The notes beneath the pieces are model-generated. The model saw only the letters and a list, made by a program, of their open reading frames with translations, ran no database searches and was not told where the DNA came from. From assembly GCA_000934665.2 (NCBI GenBank), contig JYFJ02004750.1:1-64000 (forward strand): DNA of 64,000 bases, in the 5' to 3' direction. Below, piece by piece: positions 1 to 12,400 of the stretch (within the stretch, counting starts at the first letter, position 1; each line of letters starts with the position of its first letter). The stretch is from Catajapyx aquilonaris (Eukaryota). Made by a program: the position numbers and the translations under genes.

Positions 1-242
1 GTTTTAAATTAAATGGCAAAACATTTACAAATGCATGTGTACATTTGTGCAATAAAAATTATCGCGGCCCATCGCCATAACCATCCATCCTGGAAGTCGA
101 TCATTTCAGCAGATCCACTGACGTAGTTATCCTTACGATAAGTACTAGTATAAAGAAAGTGCGATTGAACACTTAGACAAACACGAACAAACTCTTTGAT
201 TGAAAGATTTATGATCTATGGCGAATATAATTATGTGGAATT

Positions 243-534
243 AACCGAAGCAGGTTGGCATAGTGGATAAGGCGTCCGACTGCTAATCGGGAGGTCCTGG
301 GTTCGAATCCCGGGGCCGGCAACTCTGACCGTGGTTTTCTGTGGTTTCCCACGGTCCCTCCAGGAAAATTCCGGAGTTGCTTCCGTAATTAATAGGCCAC
401 AGCCGCTTCCTTCCGTCCCTATCCTATCCCAAAGAGCACAGTAAAATGAAAGCAAAGAGTTCCAGGCAAAACAAACTTCCCCCCTAAAGAGCCGATGGCT
501 GATAACGGGGTATGAATTAATTATTATTTATTAT
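243..534 (+). mobile_element. tRNA-derived SINE (copy 1)
   Basis: A-box TGGCATAGTGG 256-266, B-box GGTTCGAATCC 300-310, anticodon arm TCCGA-CTGCTAA-TCGGG (GCT at 282-284). Body motif TAGGCCACAGCCGCTTCCTTCC, 3' stem-loop CCCC..GAGCC..GGCT..CGGGG, ATT-rich tail. Perfect 15-bp TSD TAATTATGTGGAATT at 228-242 and 535-549. Homologous to 48512-48974. Confidence 0.93.
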
Positions 535-598
535 TAATTATGTGGAATTTGTGGGTTACAATCTGGCTATGCGCAACTGAGTAGGTGCAGCAATGATC

Positions 599-865
599 TT
601 ATAAAGCATTCTTTCTCCTACGAACGAAAATACCGCATACGAGTAGGGCTCCGGTAAATTACCGCATGTGTGGAGCCAACTAGTTAAACTTCATGGTAAG
701 AAGTACGATAGAAAATTATTTCTCAAAATTATTTAATCATATCATAAAATAATATTATAAAAAATTATAAAGCATTTTTCCTCCGAACAAAAATGCCGCA
801 TACGAGTAGGGCTCAGGGTACATTACCATATGTGGAGCCTACTGGTTTAAAATTATGGTCAGAAG
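599..865. repeat. Imperfect direct duplication, period about 166 bp
   Basis: TTATAAAGCATT...CCGCATACGAGTAGGGCTC...TGTGGAGCC...ATGGT.AGAAG occurs starting at 599 and at 765. Confidence 0.8.
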
Positions 866-940
866 GACAGGCATAGAAGCATTTAAAATACATAAAATAC
901 ATGAAATACATGAAACATGAAATTAAATGAAACTGAAAGT

Positions 941-1257
941 ATACAGTCCGTTAAACGAAAGAACGAGCTGACGTCATCGTTTTGTTTGCCGACTCCTATA
1001 GTCAACGGGTATCTGCAAAACGCACCTCTGGAACATTCAACTTTTCCTGTTACCATGGAGAGGCCCTCACACAACAATAGGAGCAAACAGTGTCAACAAA
1101 TAACAATGTTTGCTCATATTGTTGTGTGTGGGCATCTCCATGGTATAACAGGAAAGGTGGAAGGTTCCAGAGGTGCGTTTTGCAGATATCCGTTGACTAT
1201 AGGAGTCGGTAAACAAAACGATGACGTCAGATCGTTCTTTCGCTTAACGGACTCTAT
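941..1257. mobile_element. Palindromic (foldback) MITE
   Basis: Arms of about 150 bp are reverse complements (ATACAGTCCGTTAAACGAAAGAACG... / ...CGTTCTTTCGCTTAACGGACTCTAT) around a short loop near 1095. TSD and superfamily not resolved. Confidence 0.8.
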
Positions 1258-4200
1258 GAAGTTCTTACGAACTACTGAATCAGTCCATTTAGCGTTAACC
1301 TGAAAGAGATCCTTCCTGATGAGTGGGTATTAAACGGCTATTAAATATCATAAATGTAAGTTTAACAAATTAATCAATGATTCATCTACAGCCATGCCTT
1401 GGCCATGACCTGCCATCCTGCAAAGAGTGGAAAACAAATAGAACAGTATACCTTACATGCAATATGTTGCACGCGCATTTTTTGATGAGATCACATCCCT
1501 TAATTAAAATATGAAATGACCTCATTCCTTCCAAGCTCCAATAAAAACCTAGGCAACCTAGATCAAAAGCAGGGAGCCAGAGTCGCACGCGAATCAGGAA
1601 ATGACGACAAAACGCCGGGATTGGTGAGATGTGGCACGCAGCATCAGTGCAACCCCCCCNNCCCCCCCCCGAGTGGCTGCACACCCACCGCCACGCCAGC
1701 CAGCTTGATAGTTTCACGGGCTAATTGCTCCAAGAAGTCTTTCTTTTATCCTTGCTCTCTGCTGATTTAAGCCCTATTCCGCACGAGTAGCATCTGTGCT
1801 TTGCCGGAGTAAGAAGAAACTCGTGTCGCCTAATAATATATGACGCGATCTGGCGGACAGATTCGAGCAAGAATAGAGCACAAGACGAGTGTCGGGCCAT
1901 GTCGCCATGCAGAAAAGTACTGCATAGGCACATACTACCTTTAAAACATTTTTCTCTTTTCTTTCTGTGGGTAGCTATAGGAAGGAGAGCAAAAAGCTGG
2001 AAGATGGGGGTATATAGTATATAGGATAAGGGAATGGGGGTGGGGAGAAAGAGGGGGGGGGGGACATGATTGCTCGTTCTCACTTTCATAAGCAAGGCAA
2101 AAGCAGAAGGAAATTAAAGAGTCGTGTAAGAGGGTCGTTTTGAAAAGAAAGAGAGGAAAATTTTGCTGATTGGTTCGGCGATAGTGCGCCTGTTAAATCA
2201 CCACCGACATCCCATTAGGCCTTTTATAAAGCGCCGCCAGACTTTTTTCTGATTTACTCTCCGAATTCCCTTTTATGGAGGCAATATATTGCGCCGGCTA
2301 GCAATCTCGCCGACATTCCTGTATAGTCTACTGCGAGCCGAGCTCCTATAACCTTTTCCACTTATGTAACTCATATTGATAATGCTCGCTCCTTCTCCTC
2401 GCTCTTTCTCGCCTTCTGCGAATATTTTTGCCACGTTCTCTTTCTCCAGACAATTTCTTTGCACTCTTTCAAATTATGCTTCGAGTCGAGCCAACGGAGT
2501 ACGTTCATCCACATGCACTAAAGTAACCATGCCAATGTAATTGCAGCAGAAAGATTTCCGGATCGGTAAAAATTACGCTAATGAGTATTGAATGAGTAGT
2601 GGCACTGACAACAATCCTGATTTGCTGCATGTAAGAGATACAAGCTGCGTTAAAAACTCGCAGCATTTCTGACTTGTCATGTGATAACGAGAGGTAATCT
2701 ACATGAAATATCAAAATGCCAAAGCGAATGACATGTTGCATAACGGGGGCCACTTACTTGTCCGTATCAAGTTTTGCAGCCGCAAATTAAATGTGATTGA
2801 CAAGAGAGTAGAAAGTGATCAGGGAGAAAATTCTTATTTCAATTGCCTGATTTTATTATAACGGCACCTTTATTATACAGTATGAATATACACAATCATT
2901 GCATAAATTAATGCAACTCAAAAAGCATTAGCATAGACGGACATTGCACGGCCACCCAGAAGTTTCCTGTTTACAAGGATACCTAACACCGGGGGGAAAA
3001 ACTTATGAAAAAACTCACCAAACATGTTAGGAGAAACCCGCAATGGTTTTGTTCAGTGCAAAAGCCTGACAACAATTATGTAACATACGGACCATCAATT
3101 TTCTAACACGTCCTAAGAACAACATGTGAACATCAACATGCGTTTATTTCCTCTCTCTGGACATAGTTCTCTTCAAAAAAGCAATAATGGGTACCTATAT
3201 ACAGCCAAGGATTCATCTAGTTAAAAAAAAAAAGCTGGAAAAATCCATTGGCTACACGACGCACTTGTCTTCCAGAATCAGTTGTCGACGAGGAATAGAG
3301 CAGGTCGTTGGTCGGGGGAGGCAGAAAAAAAATGGCATTAAAATGCGACCGCATCGTAACGGCATGATGACAGCTCTTTGATCACACAATTCCCATTTTA
3401 ACTGATCATCGGTGGAGAGGTGATGGCTCTCCAGAGTCCTGTTGCGGCCACCAGTTCGCAGATTCGCCGCCACTTGTCAACCCAAGCCCTTCCCGTCATC
3501 CACACGCACACCGACACACTATACTGTCTATAGATAACTATCTCTGCTCTTCTCCATTCGACTCCCATTCTCCAGCGCAAGGACTGTTCACCAGGTACTG
3601 TGCAATATAGTCAATCGGGGAATGGACATTATTCCATCCGAAATGTTGGGGGGGGGGGAGGCTATTTACACCTAATTTGGCCCAATACGAACTATATAGC
3701 GGTTCTATATATATTCATTACAAAATTAGATAAGGTGCAGCCTCTCAATTATTTTGAGCGGGTTTCACGATATTTGGCATTTCTAACATTTTACGGGTAA
3801 ATTACCTTCTCTGCCCAAACTAGGCCCCTAAGTAAGTATAAATGGCAATAATAGAAACAACCAAATCCTCAGGCTACACCACCACACACCTGTTCATTTA
3901 ACCGCAGTCTACTGTCACATAAAGAATGCACATTCACTTCTGACAATCCCTCCTATAGTACCATTGTATACTAACTAGTCCATAAGTTCCACTCGCAAGA
4001 GGCAAAATGTGACAGTTTGGAGCAATTACCTGCTAAGGCAGCTTTAGGGAGCACCCAGATGAGACGTGGGGAGGAAAAAAAAAAGACAGACTCGAGTCTA
4101 TATTTTCCTATTCAGCACAGTCGAGTCACTACAGCGGATCGAGCAAGGCTGAGAGCAGGAGAAGAGGAGGGAGTTCTTTTTCTTCCCATCCAGGTTGCAT

Positions 4201-4965
4201 CTAGGTCCAGATTACTTCCTTGCCCTAAACATGTCCAGGGGCGGGCCTCCAAAGCTCCTCTCCTAGGCCCGCCACTCTTATAAGCCCCAATCATACCCAC
4301 CCTACATACGACACCTACAGTCACATTCTGCTGGGGCTTCTTTCTCTCTGTCAGACTCTACTAGACGTGCAAGTGATTCTGCGCTAACTTAAAGGATAAA
4401 TCTGATAATATTTTCAAGTCCATTTGGTTTCTGTACATTGTGTATTCATCAAGTTGTCATACATAATATCTGCCCATTAAAACCTGACACAAAAATTGAC
4501 ATCGTGACTCTGAAGGTATGAGAAGTTTCAGGGACCATACTAATTCTGCATTATGCAATTATTTAGCACTTACTTCTGTTTAGATTTTTTGCAGACTGCG
4601 TTTTTTAAAAGGTAAAATGTTATCAGCAAAAGGTGTCTAATAAACTGGAGTTATTAACTGCTAATGAATTATACAGGTTCTCCAGGTGTGGTCACATTTT
4701 TTTTCTCTCTAGAACGCCTCCCCTTTAATACATCTGCGTTGCTCTGGATGCATAGTTTCCAGGATACACGTGAGATGAAAACCAAGGTAAAAATTATTAC
4801 CTGGACCAAACCTGCATATTCAAACTGCTGAGTTTAGACATGCGCCTTTCACATTAAGTACAAGGTCAGAAAACAGTAAAAATTAACAATAAAATATTTA
4901 AAAGTAGATCGGCGGTAATCTATACGATACAAAGAAATATATCAGGGATGGAATGCACACGGGGG

Positions 4966-5034
4966 GAGAGAGAGAGAGAGAGAGAGAGAGAGCAAAAGCT
5001 GCACAGCATCCTTTGGCACGACGAGCGCACTAAN

Positions 5035-5085
<51 letters not shown>

Positions 5086-5125
5086 AAAAGCTGCACAGCA
5101 TCCTTTGGCACGACGAGCGCACTAA
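4966..5125. repeat. (GA)n microsatellite with a duplicated 41-bp flank across an N
   Basis: CAAAAGCTGCACAGCATCCTTTGGCACGACGAGCGCACTAA is identical at 4993-5033 and 5085-5125. Each copy follows a (GA)n run, and there is an N at 5034. Confidence 0.9.
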
Positions 5126-5744
5126 ATTTCTCTTGCAATTTTCATGTACGACAGAGAGCCTCACATATTTTTGCAATTCTCTTTATCCATGCAAAGCAAT
5201 TCCCTTTATCCATGCATAAATGGTGTCTGCATGGGCTCGCCCGATTTCAAAATACACGTTCCCGAGATGAATAAACAATCAAAGGGAAATGAGCTGCCAA
5301 ATGCGTCACTCCCGTCTCTGACGTATGCAGACTCCCTCCCTCCCTCCCCTCATCCTCTCCATCCCCTACCTTCGACTAATTCCCTTCGCCAATCGCTTTT
5401 CGCACTCTAGCATGCGCCGCTAGTTGCTCTCTCTTGGCTCGACTTTACTCCCGTATGGCCTATACTCCACATTCGCCAAAGGTTGCAAGGTGCTGTATCT
5501 CAGCTCCCTTCAAAGTTAACGAGTGCGTACATCATTTATTCTTAATTACTTTTGACGTGAATCGGACTGTGATCGTGCATCAACCTATAGTTGTCATATT
5601 TAAAATAAAACCTAGATGGTGGTACTGAAGCACGACCAAAGCTGGTACAGCATTATACCAACGTATAAGTACACAAATCAAAATGTATTAATTTACATAT
5701 CCACATACAGTCATCTGTTGATACTATTGCCTTTCATATTCTTA

Positions 5745-6179
5745 AGGTGGGTTTACATGTGAGCGAAATGATCAGCGAAATGCATCGCGGCGATGCATTT
5801 CGACCGTGAATTGTAGCGGTTCTGACGTCATGACTCAAGCGATAGCGCTTAAGCATCGCCCGTGTGTTTACATGCCTGCGACGTGCATCGCCACGGCATG
5901 CCAACAGCATCGCCACAGCATGCCAACAGCATCGCCCGCGCAAAGGACTATCGGAAGGAGACAAAAGACGATCGGGTTGTTTATGGCTCGAATTTACAGC
6001 CACCCGAATACGCCACAAGTGAGCGACGATGTCGTCGCCATCTCCTTGAGCGATGTCATCGCCGAGGCCCTCCCTTCTTAAACGCGATTGCTACTTTCGG
6101 CCCAAATCACTGCTTTCGTTAGGATTTCATCGCTGGCGATGCAAATCGCTGATCATTTCGCTCACATGTAAACCCAGCT
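5745..6179. mobile_element. PIF/Harbinger-type (Tourist-like) MITE
   Basis: TIRs AG(G/C)TGGGTTTACATGTGAGCGAAATGATCAGCGA..., TTA on both flanks (5742-5744, 6180-6182), internal CATCGC/GCGATG subrepeats. A TTA/TAA TSD is characteristic of PIF/Harbinger. Confidence 0.85.
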
Positions 6180-6303
6180 TTACTTGCTGACAAGCAATCA
6201 GATCAATTTTAATTCTCAGACAACTCGGGTGTGTGCAAGTGAATGTCAGGTTAATGGCGCATAAAGGATAAATAATGATCACAATGCATGTGCGGATTTT
6301 GTA

Positions 6304-6465
6304 CAGTGTTGGACATAAATCGAGGCATATTGCTAGCGACATTTTCCGAGGCGGCAGAAGAAGGAATCGGAGATAAGGATACTGCAAGCCGGGCGAGCAA
6401 GATTCCTTCTTCTGCCGCTTCGGAAAATGTCGCTGACAGTATGCCTCGATTTATGCCCAACACTG
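6304..6465. mobile_element. Short palindromic MITE with CAGTGTTG termini
   Basis: Inverted arms of about 65 bp (CAGTGTTGGACATAAATCGAGGCATA...GAAGAAGGAATC and its reverse complement). GTA on both flanks; no 8-bp TSD seen. Confidence 0.75.
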
Positions 6466-9400
6466 GTACTATACAGTATACGAGTATGCTCTATGCTGTA
6501 TGCCACATGCAAAGCCTTTTAAAAATAGAGTACACGCTGCTGCCTTTGATTCCTCACCAAAATGCACTGTACACGAGCAATATTGACGGGACATTATAAA
6601 GGCAAATAGCGCTTCCTCCACTTCTATAAAATCAACTTTTAGGAGATAGCACATAGAATGCAAATTGTGACTGTAATAGAAAGACAGCAGGTACAAAATG
6701 ACAAAAATTACAATGACAGGAGGAAATAACCTATTCGATGCTGCTTTGAATGCTGCCGCTCTCCAAAACAATGACATAGTGTAGCAAAATATGTAAAATA
6801 CGAGAATATTTAATAAGTAATAACATAGTAGAAATGACATCGAAAAAGCATATCACTATAGGGAAAGAGTAGGTTCTGTTCCACATATTACATAATTAAA
6901 TAATAACCAACATGACCATTATTACTCCATCGTAACAAGTACAGACGACAAAGTCAACTCATGTTGCATGTTACATGCCTGTTAAATTCACTGTCGGTTG
7001 TGGCATGGGTACAGCTCGATAATGATAATCATGCAACTAGTCTGAATAGCCGTACAGCTGTATACTGTAGATGCACCTTTGTCGTATTACCGAGACATTT
7101 TTTTTTTCCTGTTTCAACAATAATTTGGGTGCTAGATAATTACCTGTGAAATAGGAACTGCGTAGCCAACAAGTTTTACCATCACTGCAGCAGGTAACGG
7201 ACCTAGCACAAATTAATCGCACCATTAGCAAAAAAGTTTTGTGTACAGAGCCATAAAAATAGCCTTACTTCATCATTTTAATCAATAAATCCTTCCTTCC
7301 GGATACTAATAGGGGAGATCCTAAGGCAGTGGATTGATTTTATGTGCTACTTGGCAAAAAGGTAAATTTGACATAGTGTATTAATTTACTGACAGCTATT
7401 TGCGTTTAGATTTTTACACTAACGCAGCAGCTTATTTCAGCGTCATGACGTTTAAAAAAAATGGAATACCATGAGATTCAAGAATATTATCCGCTAAATC
7501 ACGTGACTTACATACAACGACTGAAAAGCTACAAAAAAGAGCAGGACAGACACTAGGGGACAACATTCAATATCACCTTATCATCTATATAGTTCTATAC
7601 CATCCCTATCACATAACTTCACAAAACTCGATAATGAAAACAAAGTCGTTTTGTAGGAAGCAGTACGGTGACATCCAAGCCCAGATATTTAAGATAGCGT
7701 GAATCATATTTCCGTTCAGAATGAACTTTGCTGCTTTTGGCTACATAAAAAAAGCACCCAAGTGATGAAGTGTTGCGTCTCATTTTACTTTAAATATGAT
7801 AATTCTGCTGATAGTTACAATCAATTCCGTGTAACGTTATCTTGGCCAAATGTTGAACACTGCGTCTAAAATATTCCTTACGCAATTATTACATGTCAGC
7901 ACATTCTGTATGTTCTGTAAACTACTTGGTATAATTCACGTGGGTGACAAACCCGAACTGCAGCAGTGTTAAATTCCACTGCACAAACCCATATGTCAAA
8001 ATAATGAGAATGTGAACACACGTGGTGCAAGAAATACCTAATCCCAATACATCGTCGCACTGTCTGTCACCACCTACACAATAACTTATAACGTGAACAA
8101 GTTTGAAATGTTGCAACAGCTCATCACGAACTTCTGCTTCTAGTATACATTCGTATACATTTCGTATACATTATCCCGAATATCCTCTCGACGTATTTAT
8201 TAATTTTTCATTTTATGTATAGCCTATAGCCCTATACTACAATACCTGTATTTGGTTAAATACTCTATCCTGACGCTATGCAACCACTAGCACTCTTCGA
8301 AGATGAAGTCTGCGAGAAAGAAAAAAAACACACCCAGTACTGATGAATGCATACCTCCAGGATACTCTTGGCCTCTTTTTTTCAATAATGGAGGTCATCA
8401 ATTACCTTTAATCGCCATTTCATTGATAACGTCCACACATTTCAAAACTGAAATAGTTGCCGGCTACTGTGATCTCAACAACTGTGCTTTAATATGGCCA
8501 TAAAACTCCAAGTCAAAATTACTTTTTATATAAGACATTGCTATCAGATTATTTATTTCCATTAACTTACGACATCTGCGGGTAGTTTCTCATATTTAAT
8601 AACCACCAAATATTTCGACTTTGTCAAAAACATACTGAACCGTCGATCGAGTTTGACCCTTTCGCACAAGGAAGAAGAAAAGTGAGCAAAGTTTGCGTAA
8701 GAATTATGGAGGGGAAAGCGACGTGGATGGTGGGCTGGTGTAGGGGGAGGAGATGGGGGGTGCCGCCAAGACGGGCATGGTTGTAAATAACAAATTATGG
8801 GGTAATTAGTGGGAGACTACAATTTTATTATGCTTTCTCCCAAACTGCTGCCATTGGAGGCAACAACGGGCTTCCCCTCTAATGCGCATCATAAATTCAT
8901 GGCCATACACGCTGCACATTCCCCAACTCTGCACTAATTCACACGGTGCAGAGTGCAAGTACACATAACCTACTTAGCTATGCCCCCCCCCTTCCCCTTC
9001 CCCTCCCCTTCCACCCATACAAACCCCTGACATCTCCCTTCACACCCCCGCCCTCATGCCATCGACACCAATAATCAAAGGAAGCCACCACGTACTGACT
9101 CGATTTCATCAAACGGTCACGCAACTTCATTACCACTGGATCAATCCAATAGCATAACAAGTAATGTGCACTGTTTGGACTTTTCACTGTCGGGCCACAT
9201 CCCACAGTAACTAGCTGTTTCTTGTCATTCGCAGCAGTTTGAATCACGAGGCAACAAAATTTGCTCTGGGCATGCAAATTGATTTAATTTCACAACAACG
9301 AGCTATTACGCAGATGGCTGAACTTGATGTCTGGAAGCAATTGACTTCCTAATACGAAAATGCTCCATTCATCTAACTTAAATTCCAAATGCTTTTAAAA

Positions 9401-12400
9401 AGTGGCTTCTAATATTGCACCAATGCGAAAGACATACAATATATTGGCATGTAAGAAAGTGCAATAATGGGGCAACTCAGGGGTTCAGCCTCTACAGCAC
9501 AGGACCCTCGATCTGTCTCCTACCCTCATCCTGCCTACATTTATGATTTTTTCCTCCCCCCTCCCTGATCCTGTAGGACTGCTATTATTATTTTTGAAGC
9601 CGCACCCTGGGAGTGAAATTAATGGAGCCGTCTAATTAAGTTGCGGATTGAATTTCGGTTTTCAATTAAATTTAATTAATTCGGCAGTTGCGAGCCGATC
9701 CGACGTGAGTGACGGAGGGGAGAGGAGGGGGACGTGGGAGGAGGGGAGGGATGGGGGGGGGGGGAGAAAAAAAGCTTGATTGCAGAGTGGGTGTAACAGA
9801 GATTGGCTTCCGGGCGTTATGATGCTGCAAAACTTGCGCTTCCACCTCGCATCTTGCAACTCAACTAACTGCACTGCAGTCTGGCAATTATATTCACCTC
9901 ACCTTGCACAACTGCACCCTAGACGGTCTATTCCCGTGCCATCCACCGTTACTCTGCATAAGTGTTCGGCGGCCCGTCATGACATGTGAGTCACGTTCTT
10001 GCATATATGCGGACACGTTTTGCGATTTACTGCCGTGTAACTAGCTTGTTCAGTGTTCAACTTTCTAGGGCACCTTTAAATTTCTTACAATGTCGATGAA
10101 AAACAGGGTCAAGAGTCTGGACTTCTTAAAAACGTTTAAAAACTGTACAGGTGAACCAAAAACGCATAAGAATATGTCTAAGAACTCTAACTGTTTGAAA
10201 ATAACTCATTCATAATAAGCAGCTTGGAGTCTAAAAGTAGCTAGAACTACTGTAGACATTTCAGTGTGCTTATCAGTGCGTCACTTTGCGAGTGTATTAC
10301 AATTTATAGTCACGAATGATATGACGCTTGTGCAAATCGACTGTATAAGAAAGGACCAGCATATTTGCCTGCCAAACTCACTCAAAGGCCGATCCCTGGA
10401 GCAGAGAGACAGGAATCCTAGGGATAAGCTGATCATATCTATATCTCAAAATAATTGCTGTCGGACAAATTCGACAAAATACGACCTAATAAAATAGATG
10501 CAATTTTCAAGCACGGTCAGTTATGAAGGAAAAAAAAGATAAAAATCAACTGCTCCATTAGTACATACTACGCCAAAGAGCATATAGATACTGGCAATAG
10601 TCGCGTGAGTACTGACAAATCACTGGCTTTTTGCATAACTTATCTATCTTAAAAACTAACCCGCACGCCACAAAAGAATCCCTAAGAAATGTAATTAGCA
10701 TTTAATTACACTTTCCAATACCACCACTTCTTGGCAGCATCAGCAGACATCCGCGTGGAATAAATCAGATCCCTCCAATAAGACTCCCCAGTAATTAATT
10801 ACATAAGGCTTCCGAGCACACCCCCCATTCAAAGAACCGCCACACACTGCCTACCAAGCCAATCAGCATCGACCACAGAGGTAGGCCTGCAATTTGGGTT
10901 GCCTACCACGCAGGTAGATTGGGACAAGAAAAGGTATGTCTGTAGCACGGGTTAGAATAATAGCAACGGGCTGCTCAGGCAAATCCCGCTGCCGAGATGC
11001 GCTTACACTGAGAACAGAGATCGATAATACCCCCACCTTCACCCCTCCATTCCCTTCAACCATTCTCCCCCCTCATCCACCCTCCTCATCCCATTGCACC
11101 CCACCAAAACCATTGCACCCTTGTATTACACCCGAGTTTTCTTGCCAATTTTTGGCGTGATGGGCGGAGGAGGGAGGTAGGGTCTGGGGGGCAGGGCAGG
11201 GCAGGGGGCAGGGCAGGGCCGGATTTCCTATTGATTAAATTACGAGTTATTCATGACGGGTTGCCATTAGACTAAACTGCCGCAGAAACATCAAAACGAG
11301 CCTGAAACTTTGATGAGCAGCTCCCCACTTTTTCCCGCCCCACTTTCCTCCCTCCCCCATAGCTGCTCTGGGATTCTATGGAACCGGCTAATTCCACACA
11401 AGGCGCTATAAATATTTGTAGCTCAGACTCTATGGCCTTCTGCATCTTTGATGGGATTTCCAAATAACCCCAACACCTACCACTAACAGCATTACTTGCC
11501 AGAAGAACGCCTTCTTTTCTCTTCCTTACGCCTTGTCTCGGGGACATAATCAGAGGCGCAAATATCCCGCGGCGATTAAAGCAGGTTCCAACTCGGTGTG
11601 ATAATTAGTTCGAAGCAAATGCTCCTCTCCCGACTTTTCTTCTACACGTTTGCGTTTGAAAAAGTTGCGAGGGCAATTAAGTTTGGCACATCTATAGAGT
11701 ATATACCATCGCCCCAAGCACGGCAAACGATAACTTCAATTACTGCAGCAGCAGCCACATTTTGAACACTTTTCACCTGACGTGCATATGACTTCAATAT
11801 CCGAATGTGAAAGGAATATGGTCCATACCTTTCAGCCAAGAGATGATTCGCAGTCACTTGATCACGAGCACAATAATATAGGACATGGTCAGTCAGCCTG
11901 ACTGCCTGCTTTGGAGCGTGGCTACTGGAGGAGGGCGGGCAGCAGCCACGGCAGGTGCAAATACAAACCCTGCACCCTGCCCACCCCCAGACCCACCTAC
12001 CGCACCCCCCCCCCCCCAGGCCTCACCTATCCAAGCCCACTTTTGGCGTCAGGTGCTCCTTCCTTCGGCCGTTGGGGTCGTTTTCACTGACTCACTACCA
12101 ACCTCTTCTGTTTCACAGAAAAATACGCCGTCTTCGGACTATCCGGGATCCAGGTGCCATCGTCTGTCTTAGGGGAAGGTCACGAACCGAAACCTCGACC
12201 TCAGCAGCTGTTGTGTCATAATAACTGACTTCAGCACGCACTGGTTGCTGAGGAAGAGCTGGAGGGCAGTAGATTCAACATCCCAACAGAAAGGTCATAA
12301 GTCATTGAATCCAGGTTGTAATAATTGTGCAACCTCAAATCTGATGGCAAGAATCCTGTCCAATTACCAACCTCGAGAAAACTCCTACTTTTCAGGTGTG

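Noticed and set aside
247..320. Functional tRNA-Ser(GCT) gene (also 48513-48590)
   Set aside because: No proper acceptor stem or long variable arm; continues into a SINE body and tail bounded by TSDs.
4993..5125. Biological tandem duplication around (GA)n
   Set aside because: Identical copies joined at an N beside a microsatellite; most likely an assembly or haplotype artefact.
8682..8694. miR-87-like GTGAGCAAAGTTT (and a partial match near 11301)
   Set aside because: The match stops after 13 nt, or lacks the seed, and no convincing precursor hairpin was seen.
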